Part shown: piece after piece, positions 51,073 to 64,000 of the stretch | Position numbering within the stretch: position 1 is the first letter of the stretch | Layout: each line of letters opens with the position of its first letter | Assembly (NCBI RefSeq): GCF_006345805.1 | Contig: NC_043020.1 | Span: forward strand, 17,298,001 to 17,362,000 | DNA length: 64,000 nucleotides | Direction of reading: 5' to 3' | Source of the DNA: Octopus sinensis | Taxonomy: Eukaryota | Program-made: the position numbers and the translations under genes | The notes under the pieces: generated by a model | Told to the model about the DNA's origin: nothing | Databases searched by the model: none | What the model saw: only the letters and a program-made list of their open reading frames with translations

Positions 51073-51204
51073 ATATGTGATAATTATTCGGTAGCCATGA
51101 TAAAACTCTGAATAATTGTCACATATATTTACAGATAAATTCCTCTATTTACATAATATCGAGGTCTCTTTCATTCTTTTGTTGTCTTACCATTTCTATC
51201 AATA

Positions 51205-51333
<129 letters not shown>

Positions 51334-53939
51334 AATGAGACAAGGCATAAATAATGGTCATTACACATTTTTCTTTATTGTAGTAAATTTGACTTGCAGC
51401 TGTGTCTAGTTATTAATATAGGTTCTTTATTGACAGGTTTACTCAATTGGCCCATTGATAGGTTGAGAAAAAGTGAACGACCTGAAAAAGTTAACTTCTT
51501 CAGAGTTGTTATCTAAAAAAAAATCAATGCTACTTCACTCTTTTAGTCTGTCTTTTCGTCACAGTCGTTACAATTTTTTAAAGTGTTCGAAGCTGAAATT
51601 CCGGATCTTTGAAGAATTATTAAAATTCTTCCCCGGGCACATAGCCACCTGAATCCAAGACATGTCCTGGAAAATAGGGATGTATAGTAACCCTACCCTA
51701 AAGTAATTACAGTATTAACGCAGGCGATGGCGAGTTTGGGACACTGGAACAGCCATACACTCGCAGAGCGTCATATATTTCAGTGAGGTGGTAGGATGCT
51801 GACGAAGTGAAAAACTCATCGTTTCAGAGGCTACAGATTATTTTATATAACAAAAAAATAAACAGTATGAACGAGAGAAGTTATGAATGAGCAAATACAC
51901 AATAATGTGGAAAGTTTTTGAAATTTAAGTTAATATTTCGAACCGTATAAAATGGCTGACTGTCCAGTTTTTGAGAGTCAGCTGTTATTTGTCGGAGGGG
52001 GATCCTTCTGACCATGAAAATACAAAATCAGAAAATGTTTTATAATAGGTGTTTGATGAAATTCTCGACAAGTACCTTTCAGGGAGTGTAGATTATGATT
52101 ATATCGGAATTAAATGCGAACATAAAAAAAAAGGAGTCGCTGTGTGGTAAGTAGCTTGCTTACCAACCACAAGGATCTGGGTTCAGTCCCACTGCGTGAC
52201 ACCTCGGCAAAGTGTCTTCTACTATAGCCGCGGGCCGACCAAATCCTTGTGAGTGGATTTGGTAGAAGGAAACTGAAAGAAGCCTGTCGTCGTATATAGA
52301 TATATATGTGTGTGTGTGCCTGTGTTTGTCCCCACCACCATCGCTTGACAACCGATGGTAGCGTGTTTACATCCCCGTAACTTAGCGGTTCAGCAAATGT
52401 GACCGATAGAATAAGTACTAGGCTTGCAAAGAATAAGTCCTGGGGTCGATTTCTTCGACTAAAGGCGGTACTCCAGCATGGCCACAGTCAAATGACTGAA
52501 ACAAATAAAAGAAAATACGCCAACAGACAGATTTTTACAGTTCCAGTGATGGAGTGGATCTATCTATCGACTTACCCTTCTATATGACTATCCATTACAA
52601 GTTTTTTTTTAAGGTGGATATGTGGTAAGAAGCTTGCTACCGGGTTCAGTCTCACTGCATGACACCTTACACCTTAAACAAGTGTCTTCTACTATATCCT
52701 CGGGCTGATCAAAGCCTTGTAAGTGGATTTGGTAGACGGAAATTGAAAGAAGTACACACATATATAAAATTGAATAAGGTTAGAAATTGATATTAATCAA
52801 TTAAAACCAGTGGCCTAGCATATTAAAAACTCCGAAGATTAAAATATTTTTACATACAAAATTTAAAGGATTGACCACTAAAAGTCCACATGCTAGATAT
52901 AGACGTCAAAATCGCTATTGGTTTGTGCTGTCCCGTAAGATGCAGAATCTTAGTGAAATCCATCTGTACTGAGTTCTCAATTTCGATCTCATCACAGCTG
53001 CTTATGAAGTGGTTGAGTTCGTTAAAAGCAACAGTGTACTTCAGTGCTTTTGGATTGATGCTCTTGCCAATAGAGAAAGGACCGGTTTCTAACCTAGATC
53101 CAAGGCTCCTTCATTGGAATTTCAATATCAACAACAGGGTATTTTTATTTGTAAGTATGTATGTATGTACAGATTCGTATGTTTTATGTATGTATTTTCA
53201 TGCACATCTAGACATGCTCATACATATTTATATGATAAACTTCTGGAAAGTTTTACAGATTTTTACAGTTCCAGTGATGAATTGGATCTGCACTCTTGTA
53301 TGTATGCATGTATACATACATACATACATATATATACGACGGAGTTTCTTTCAGTTTCCGTCTACCAAATCCAATCACAAGGCTTTGGTCGGCTCGAGGC
53401 TATAGTAGAAGACACTTGCCCAATGTGCCACGCAGTGCGATTGAACCCAGAACCATGTGGTTGGTAAGCAAGCTACTTACCACACAGCCACTCCTAATTT
53501 AATTTATTTTTATTTTATTTCACCCTTCTCCTTTAACTTCCTAACCTCTCCTACTAATGGCGTTACCCTGTTTGTTATCTTACGATACTGAAACCATGTT
53601 GCCTGAAATACACCAACAGACTATGTATATATACTGTTACTCTTCATTCATTCCGACTTTTCACACACGGCCCGTGAGTGTGAGCCGAAGGCTTACAGTG
53701 TCCCTGTAATGTTACCTCATCTGTCGCCCTTGTGACAGTTAATCAAATGACTGTAATTAACAATTATCTCTAAATAAAGCACAAATTCAGCATATTTTAG
53801 GGGAGGAATGAAAAGCAAAGCTGACCTAGCCGGGATTTTCGATTTTAGTTCAAATTCCTAAAGTACCGGTCTAAGAACCGAGATTCGATATAATCGACTA
53901 AACTACCCACTAAAATTGCAGGACTTGTACCAAAATTTG

Positions 53940-54243
53940 AAACGACCTGGCTCTTCCAGCCTGTGACATTTGAAACGTTTGGAGGGGTGGCTGGCTTTTC
54001 CAACGCCTACCCCTCGCCGTTGCCCGTGGTAATGTCGCGAGCGTGGCTTGCTTCAGTAGGTTCCGTTGAACCTTGCAGTGAGCGACCAATTGGGGCATTT
54101 CGTGTTGCATTCATGTTATTTTTTCTTTCTTCCATTCTCATTTTTTGTTTGTCTTTCTTTTATAAAATAAATTCCTCTTCACTCAATTATTGCAACTTGA
54201 TACAATTATTTTGTACTTCCTGGCACTGTAGTAAGCCTTTTAG

Positions 54244-54250
<7 letters not shown>
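53940..54250 (+). mobile_element. CRE-clade-like non-LTR retrotransposon 3' relic
   Basis: LFQPVTFETFG followed in another frame by FQRLPLAVARGNVASV, resembling the CRE C-terminal endonuclease region. Confidence 0.5.
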
Positions 54251-54274
<24 letters not shown>

Positions 54275-54931
54275 CAAGCACACTCAGCGCAAACCCCCGC
54301 CAAGGCAACACCAAAGTCCTCTCAACGATTAGCTGGATATGATTTTCGGGTTCAAATTCCGCCGAGGTCGACTTTGCCTTTCATCCTTTCGGGGTCGATA
54401 AATTAAGTACCAGTTACGCACTGGAGTCGTTATAATCGACTTAATCCGTTTATCTGTCCTTGTTTGTCCCCTCTGTGTTTAGCCCCTTGTGGGTAGTAAA
54501 GAAATATAAAATGAGAATATCTGAAATAAACGAGAATACTAAAAATGAATACGACTGCTCTCAAAACTTATGTTAAAAAAACACCCAGAAAAATAATCCA
54601 GAATCCTTGACCAGTACCCGATCGATCCCAATTCTTAGCAGTTCGTGCCAGTCACGCGGCCAAACTTCCCTGAAAGTTTTATCCGAATCCATTCAGTAGT
54701 TCTTGAGATATCTTGTCCACGGACAAACAAACAAATTAGGCTAATCTTGTCCATCGTTTTCTCTTGTATTTTCGACTTTGTACTGTCCCCAACGTCAAGT
54801 ACTGGGGTCGATAGTATCAACTAACTCCTTCCCTCAGAAACTGATAACATTGTGCCTAAATTAGAAACCAAAATCCAGTGCTGGTCACATGCTACATGGA
54901 GATCAAACTCCCTCTCTCACCCTCTGCTTGC

Positions 54932-54968
<37 letters not shown>

Positions 54969-55827
54969 GTTTCATCTGTCTATCTTAGCTAGCTATCGTT
55001 TATTTATCTGTCTATCGATCTGTCTGTCTACTTATTTATCTACCTATCTAGTTATATAAAATTTAATAAGGGTAGAAATTGATATTAATCTGTCTTAAGA
55101 TCGCCTTTTAAAACTTTTATAACTCTAAATCTATCACGAAAACTATAACTCCTCATAATCTGAGTTCATTGTTGTTGATAAAAAAAAATGCATTATTATC
55201 AACTTTGTATAGATTAAGGGTCGACATAAATGATTAGCATTACACCCCCACTGAAATGCGAAAATTTGAAAATTTATGTTATTATTGAACAAAAAAAAAA
55301 GAAAAGAAAAAAGAAAGACAACCAGCTGTTCCTTAAAGTCCTCCCATAAATTATGGAAAAGAGAAATCCTCGTTTTCTTTTTCAGGGACATCTAGTCGAT
55401 AATTCGGCCCCTATTTTTGTTGTTTCTAATGCCTGTTGTTAAAGATACGATTAAGGGATAATAACAGCCATATATATCTAACTGGATGATAGTTTAACTA
55501 AGTTTGGTGTTAGCTTATAACATACACATATAGAAATAAACCTACATATATATACAAACTCATACACATATGTGTCACATGTATATTGTACACGAACACA
55601 CATATTATTCATGTACATTTATATATGTACACAGACATAAACACATATATACATGCATATATACATATACATTATATATGGTAGGTGTGTTTGTGTGCGT
55701 TGTATGTTATATAACGCACAAACACACATGCCATAAACAAATGAATATGAAAATGTGACATGTGTATCACGCACACGCATATATCGTAAACAGATGTATG
55801 TGAGAAAATGTATGGCAATCGCCTGTA

Positions 55828-56230
55828 TGGCAATCTTTCGTTTCTAGTAGACCTTTCCGTCGATTTCCGTAAAAAAATTTTTTTTTTTACATATGGGCTT
55901 GCGGGAACTTTTGAAGTAATGAGAGCGAAAGAGACTAAGAGAAAGCGATTGTATGACGAGGGAAGTTCTTATGAAGTTACCGTGCATGGGAAGCATTGAT
56001 GTACATGTGTGTGTGTGTGTGTTTGATGGGGTGTGGGAGACAGACAGTATGTTGTGTAAGTGAAGTGCTTCTGTTAGTGTGTGTGAAAGAAAGAGATAAC
56101 TGAAATTTTTTACTCGGTGTATGTGTATATGTATGTATATTACTTCAAAAGTTCCCGCAAGCCCATATGTAAAAAAAAAAAAATTTTACGGAAATCGACG
56201 GAAAGGTCTACTAGAGACGAAAGATCGCCA
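55828..56230. mobile_element. MITE-like element with about 93-bp inverted termini
   Basis: Arms 55828-55920 / 56138-56230 are near-perfect reverse complements. Confidence 0.75.
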
Positions 56231-56479
56231 AATATATTTTATATATTATATATTATATTATATACATATAACAAGCAAAGTAGGTGGTTCCAAAATCTCT
56301 ATACGAGATGCAAGTTGTAAACTCTGTAACTTTACATATATGTTATAAACAAGACAAGAGAGAAACGTGGAAACATGAAATACATCGTATATAAACAATA
56401 AATGATACGTAAAAGAGAAGAAAAAAATTAATAATATTGGGAAGAAAAAAAGCAATAGATATAAAATATATGCATGTAC

Positions 56480-56515
56480 CTCGATATCTGGGGGGTCAAA
56501 AGATACATTAGACAT
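56480..56515 (-). CDS. DPYD: DPYD exon 1 (MSNVSFDPPDIE)
   Basis: AAAACC-ATG context; ends DIE like human exon 1 (..DSADIE); GTACAT donor; phase 0 fits exon 2. Confidence 0.8.
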
Positions 56516-57859
56516 GGTTTTAGTCGAAGTGAAACAGTGTTGTGTACAAGGTACTCCCGAGTCACACAATACTGAACCTTATCGCTGTTTACGTTTAAAA
56601 TACAAATTCACTCTCAAAACAGCCCCCCCCCCACACTTCACTCCGTCTTTTCCTCACACTCACTCCTTCATTTACATTATCTCTCTCTCTCTCTCTCTCC
56701 GCTTTAGTTTACATCTTTTTTTCCACCCCTCTCTCTATTTTTTAAATTTATTTATTGTTCCCCTCCTTTTACTCTCTATCTTTCTATTTAATGTTCCTCT
56801 TCTTCCACTATCTTTCTATTTATTGATCCTCTTCTCTCTCTCTCTCTCTTTCTATATACACACACATATATACATATATGTGCGTGTGTATTACTATTAC
56901 TGTTAATTTGTCTATTATCATTTCTCTCATTCCGTTTATCTTCCTCTTTCTCTTTCTTATGCTGTTTCTCTATAACGACATTATCTATTCATTGAACCCA
57001 CACTTTCTAATAACTTTTTATCTACGACACTCCCTTGTATGTATATATATATATATATGTATATATATCACTCCTGCTTTCCACTGACACTGACTGCGCT
57101 TAAAACGGCACACACACACAGTTGACCTTCTTTTAAGGGTTTATAGGGAGAATTAGGCAAGGCGGCGAGCTGGCAGAAACGTTAGATAAACAGTATTTCG
57201 TCTGCCGTTACGTTCTGAGTTCAAATTCCGCCGAAGTCGACTTTGCCTTTCATCCTTTCGGGGTCGATTAAATAAGTACCAGTTACGCACTGGGGTCGAT
57301 GTAATCGACTTAATCCGTTTGTCTGTCCTTGTTTGTCCTCTCTGTGTGTAGCCTTTGTGGGTAAAGAAATAGGTATCTTGTCTGTCTTTATGTTCTGGGT
57401 TCAATTTCTGCTGAGGTCGACTTTGTCATTCATTCTTTGGAGGTCGATTAAATAAGTACCAGTTACGCACTGGGGTCGATGTCTATCCTTGTTTAGCCCC
57501 TTATGGGCAATAAAGAAATAATAGAGAAAACGAGATGTGTGAAATTCTGTTAGATACTAAATGCCAGTTTTTTTTATTACACTTTACATGTAATACATAA
57601 TAATAATAATTATTATTATTGTTATTATTATTTCAAATTTTTGCCACGAGAACAGTTTGGGGGGAGGTGGGAATGAATCGGTTACATCGACCCCAATGTT
57701 CAACTGGTATTTATCTTATCGATCTCGAAAGGATGAAAGACATAGTCGACCTCGGCGGAATATGCCACTTAGCATTTTGCCCAGCGTGCTAACAATTCTA
57801 CCACCACTTCACCTCAATAATAATAATTATTATTATTTCTTTACTTTTTTAAAAATAAT

Positions 57860-58310
57860 TAATAATAATATTTTCTTTATTAACCACTGGGGGTTCAGAA
57901 ATAAACATTGGGGGACGGTACAGGACGATATAATAATATGGGGTTACATGAAAGGCGTGGAAGAAAAAAAACAGTAACAAAATAAAAATTATAACAATGA
58001 ATAATTCCCTAAAAGAGGGAGATCTCCTAGGGCTACTCGTGGAGACTCCACAAATCCACAGTTACTTGACCATTAGGACAATGCTCTCTCCACATTGTTC
58101 TCCTTCAACCTACAGGTGCATGCTTAGAGTTGACCTGTTCACTCGGGCCATTTTTGCAACATTCACCCACCTATTAGTAAAATTGCTGGGAGGCAACATT
58201 TATCTCTACATCCTCACTTACATTTTCAAGAGAAACGTGAAAAAGTTGATGAGGGCTTGGCCAAAGAGGAAAAGTATCTGTCTTCAGCCCTTTCAGTCTG
58301 GTCTACCACA
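57860..58310 (-). mobile_element. Possible Tx1/L1-type LINE 3' relic
   Basis: Hand translation TRLKGLKTDTFPLWP/ALINFF resembles a LINE ORF2 C-terminus; clade is tentative. Confidence 0.35.
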
Positions 58311-58542
58311 CTTCTTTCGCCAAATAAATAAATTAATATGCCAGCAAAACGTTAGTCACCAGAAGCAATTGTTTCTAAAGTAGAAATAAAGATACAAATT
58401 TGTGAATGTGTGGTCGGTCGATTAACTCAACACACAGTACTTTCTTTCACTGACCTCAGAAAGATAAAAGGCAAAGATGACCTTAACAGGAGGCTAGGGG
58501 TCGGAACAAAAACTGCAAATTATTTTGTCTGACGCTCTGACC

Positions 58543-58872
58543 CAGTGGTTCTCAATTGTGATCCATATAACCCCTGGAGGTCCATATAAGATCTTTGGGA
58601 GTCCATGCAAGCAAAATAGTAAATTGAGGAACCATAGTAGATTTTTAAGGTCCAGGAAAAAATTTGCATTGGATTTATTTATTGCACGAAACAGCTAGGT
58701 TTCTTCCTCTAACGTTTTACATAGTTCAAGTTATTGGGCAAAAAAAAAAGGAATTTTGAAAAAAAAGCATCTATAAAATTAGTTTTAAACATTGGATGGC
58801 TACGGGGGTCCTCCAGAATAAAATAGCAATCAAAGGGGTCCATAGGTAAAAAAAAAAATGGCTGGGAACGGT
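58543..58872. mobile_element. Degenerate hAT (Charlie-like) MITE
   Basis: CAGTGGTTCTCAA left end; ...aaatggctgggaac right end; a related end is at 31355-31400. Confidence 0.5.
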
Positions 58873-61844
58873 TTTTCTAACCGTTCTGTGTCCACTGAAC
58901 TCGTAAGTCGCCTCCGATTACGCAGTCATACACACACACACAGCGTGTGGATGCGAAGGCGCGTGATCTAGTGATTTGAATGCTACATTCACGGTTGCAA
59001 GATCTTGGTTTCGATTCCAGGACTGGGAGGTGCGTTGTGTTCTTGAGCGAAAACACTTCATTTCACGTTGCTCCGCGATCGCTTCGACATCCAACGTCCA
59101 GCACACCGAACGTCTGTACATATAATGTCGATTTGATAAAGTGGATGAGATACTGTAACGTACCAGCACAAACATTTGATCACTAAAAATAAATCGTTTG
59201 TGAAGGTTGTTCACCAAGAAGCTACGGAACCCTCATCTGTTGTTTACACGAGAGCCCTCTATACATTTGGTTATTCCACCTTATTCCATCAGGAGCATCG
59301 GGCCAGTTTCCTATTTTCTCTGGTGTGTATATTCCTTCCTGGACGGGACCCTAGTCCGTCGCAGGATTACTCATTTTTACCAGTTGAGTGGACAGAAGCA
59401 ACATAAAATGAAATGTTTTACTCAAGAGTACAAGGCATTGCTCTGTCCAGGAATCGAGACCACAATTTTACAATCATGAATCCAACACCCCTAACCACTA
59501 AGCCATGCGCCTCCACCGCCATACATCTACAGTTCATGTACTTTAATCGCATATAAAAAAAAAATGCCCACAATATAAGGTTCCCATGCATGCTGATGGT
59601 TAAGCACATAATTAGAGGGAAAACACTGCACAATATAAAAGTATTAACTTATAACAAAGGCTAGATGGCTGCTACATAAGGACGCTACGAATGGTCCTAA
59701 ATGTGAAAAGACAGTAACATATGACAAACGAATACCTTTATGGATTCCTTCTGAAAATTAGCGAGAAGATCAAGCAAAGATGGCTGTGACTATCTGGTCA
59801 CTGCATGCGTTGCCCTGAACTGGAGGCAACCACATTCGTCTTGTGGAACCCACTTCATGGTGACGTAAGCAGAGGAAATCGTCGACACACTTATATCGAC
59901 AGCTTGATCACAAACACTGGCCTGGAATGTATCCAGGGCCTCGAGGCGGTGATGTTAAACCTGAGAAGTGTGACAGGTGGACTTTATTGTCGCGGTCCGA
60001 GTTGGAACCAGGCCATACAAAACTAAAAAAAATAAAATAAAGAAAGACATGGTGTGTGATAAGAAGCTTGCTTTCTTACCAAGTAGTCATGGTTTCAGTC
60101 TCGCTGTGCGGCACTTTGAACAAGTATCACCTATAATCCCAGGCCGCCGAGCGAACTCGAAGCCTTGCAAGCGGATTCAGTTGGCGGAAACTGTGTCGTG
60201 ACGTTGTTTTGTTGCTTGTGTTGAGTACGTTTTTTTCTTCTTTAATGATGATATATTATAAACGTCTAAATCGTTATTTTCGCAATGGATAGCCTTACCA
60301 CCATTGTTGTCGTGTACGTGCCGTACTGTAACAATGTGGGATGTGCTGGCTCAGGGAATAATAACTGAAGCAAATTCACGAACCTTTAACTTTAATTATA
60401 TATTGCTGGGTACGATATATTTTGTCCTTTACTTGTTTCAGCCGTCAGACTGCAGCCATGCTGGAGCACCACCTTCAAGGATTTTAATCGAATGAATCAT
60501 CCCCAGTATCTTTTTTTTTAAATTTTCTTTAAAGTCTGGTACTTATTCTGTCGGTCTGTTTCGGTGAACTGCTAAGTTACGGGCACGTAAAAAACTCTAA
60601 CACTAGTTGTCAAGTGGTATGGAAGGGGAGAAACACACACACATATATATACGACAGGCTTCTTTCAGTTTCCATCTACCAAATCCACTCACAAGGCTTG
60701 GGTCGGCCCGAGGCTGTAGTAGAAGACACTTGGTCAAGGTCTATGCAGTTGGACTGAACCCGGAACCATGTGGTTGCGAAGCAAACTTATCACCACATTC
60801 TCACTGCGTGGCATTTTGGGCAAGTATCTTCTATAATCCCAGGCCACTGGGCCGATTCAAAGCCTTGCGGGCGGATGCCGTAATGTCCAATTACCCGAAG
60901 TTGTCTGCTTGAATGTCCGAGGTCGTTGGTCTTAGCGATCTGCCAAAATCGTCTCTGGCTGTGATAGGCGTTAAAGTGTTTTAACGAAGATAAATAATTC
61001 TATAATTTTATACACACGCTTTCTGTACGTAAACATAACAGTGACAGGATGTTGTCTCAGTTTTAGACGCAGCAAATGATTTTAGCTCAATAGAGGCCAT
61101 CGATTGGTTAAAATTCGAAAAATTAAACTACGTTAAACTTACAAATTACAATTTTCTCAAGAAAGCCAAGAGAAAAAAATGTTTTATTTTGACACATTCT
61201 ACCAGTATACGAAGTTTAAAAGTGTTTAGTTAACTAGAAATTGTATTGAAAACTGCCGTTCAAAAGGAAAAGATCCCTATAGCTGGTAGGATCATGGTAT
61301 TGATTAGCTGTTGTCATTAGCATTTGACTGGGTAACAATTTAGGCGGGTGTCTTCTACTATAACCTCGAGTCAACCAAAGTCTTGTGAGTTGATTTGGTA
61401 GTCGGAAACTGAAAGAAGCCTGTTGCATATGTGTGTTTGTATGTATGTATCTGTGTGTGTGTGTAATGTGTCTTGACATCGTGTGGTAGTTGTAAATGAG
61501 TGTGACTGTTATACAAGCAGCATCAGTCATTTCCATTGTTCTGCGAAAACATATCCGGCCATGGGGTCATTGGGAAATGCTTACCTGGCTTGGAAACAGG
61601 TGAGAGTTAGCGACAGGAAGCGCATCAGGCCGTAGAAAAATAAAAATCTGCCTCTACAAACACTGACTTACCCGTACAAGCATTTGAAATGATGATGATG
61701 ATGATGATGACGATGACGAAGACGATGATGATGATGAGGAGGAGGAGGAGGAGGAGGTTTCGGGTTTCGTGATAGAATTAATGACGCTGAATCTGAAGTT
61801 TCTAATGTAAAAGAAAGAAACAAGCAAACAAGACAGACAGACAT

Positions 61845-62515
<671 letters not shown>

Positions 62516-62973
62516 CTGACAGAAAATAACTGAACAGGTAAACTTAACTGATCAGATTGATAAAATAAATTACCGAACATTGAAACGGATGTCTCCTAAG
62601 TACGTAAGCAATGTCGAACAACGATAGTGAAAACAACTGACTCCTCGGAACAGAAAGGAGTGAAAGCTTTACCACAACGTCATGAAATCGGATTTTATTG
62701 TCGTGAGTTATGCGCGTGACTAATAACCACATTACTTCTTACTTTTGTTCGTTGCGATTCGAGTGTTCTATGATGTTCTATGATGATTTCAAATTTCCGG
62801 CACAACGCCAGCAATCTCGTGGGGTAGGGGCAAGTCGATTACATTGACCCCCAGTGATCAACTGGTACTTATTTTGTCGACCCCTACAGGATGAAGGGTA
62901 AAGTCGACCTCGGTGGAATTTGAACTCAGAACATTAAAGGCAGAAAAGGACTGTAATTTACGAGCGATCGTTC

Positions 62974-63561
62974 TTATTTCTTTACTACCCACAAGGGTTT
63001 ATACACAGAGGGGACAAACGGATTAAGTCGATTACATCGACCCCAATGTGTAACTGGTACTTAATTTATCGACCCGAAAAGGATGAAAGGCAAAGTCGAC
63101 CTCGGCGGAATTTGAACTCAGAACGTAGCGGCAGACGAAATACTTATTTCTTTATTACCCACAAGGGGCTAAACACAGAGGGGACGAACAATGACAGACA
63201 AATGGATTAAGTCGATTACATCGACCGCAGTGCGTAACTGGTACTTAATTTATCGACCCCGAAAGGATGAAAGGTAAAGTCGACCTCGGCGGAATTTGAA
63301 CTCAGAACGCAGCGACAGGCAAAATACTTATTTCTTTACTACCCACACGGGGCTAAACACAGAGGGGACAAACAAGGACAGACATAGTATTTAAGTCGAT
63401 TATATCGACCCCAGTGCGTAACTGGTACTTAATTTGTCGACCCGAAAGGATAAAAGGCAAAGTCGACCTCGGCGGAATTTGAACTCAGAACGTAACGGCA
63501 GACGAAATACTGCTAAGCATTCCGCTCGGCGTGCTAACGCTTCTGCCACCTTGCCGCCGTC
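62974..63561 (-). mobile_element. Tandem trimer of SINE A within a single TSD
   Basis: 17-bp TSD tttacgagcgatcgttc (62957-62973 / 63562-63578); one head and three bodies. Confidence 0.9.
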
Positions 63562-64000
63562 TTTACGAGCGATCGTTCGTTTTCACCGGTTGATTACTCT
63601 GAGTGCAGTCGGTACAGTTCCATATTTATAAAGCAATGATATGCTACTGCACCCATTCATATGCAAAGCAGTGCTACGTTATTGAGAGGGGCAAGAGGTT
63701 ACAAATATCAGGTGTAAGCCAATCTTTTACGCTTTTTTTTTCTTTGTTAAATTAATGTTTTCAGGCGCCGGCTTTGAGGTCAACAAGTTGGGGTTCAGGC
63801 TAACCGCGCGGCACCTTGGTCAAATGACTTCTTCTATAACCCTCAGCTGACCGATGCTTTGTGAGTGAAATTGGAAAGCAAAAACTGTGCGGAAGCCCAT
63901 TATGTATATATACCCACTTCCCATAGCAGTAGAGCAACGAAACTTGGCACAGTTATTAGTCTTTTTCTACTTAGGAACCACCCAGAGTTACGCATTTCTC

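Overview
AT-rich, repeat-dense animal DNA, most likely octopus (inferred from the SINE families, microsatellite load and gene structure). The window is dominated by one minus-strand gene, dihydropyrimidine dehydrogenase (DPYD). I traced 20 coding exons with GT-AG boundaries and consistent phase, from the ATG at 56515 down to 1839 (2760 nt, 920 aa). The last two exons (C-terminal Fe-S domain) must lie beyond the left edge. Introns carry tRNA-derived SINEs, RTE/CR1/Tx1/CRE-like LINE debris, pogo, mariner, piggyBac-type and Helitron elements, and mini/microsatellites. The most striking unexplained signal is at least five sequence-unrelated short repeat families that each carry a minimal type I hammerhead-ribozyme (HHR) motif. 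Three occur as palindromes, two of them as asymmetric palindromes with target-site duplications. One has a tRNA-like head, one a covarying U3-A8 core, and one forms a 555-bp tandem array. This looks like an ecosystem of non-autonomous Penelope-like or retrozyme-type RNAs. All HHR calls were read by eye and cleavage is untested. Exon coordinates are hand-checked; many repeat boundaries are approximate.
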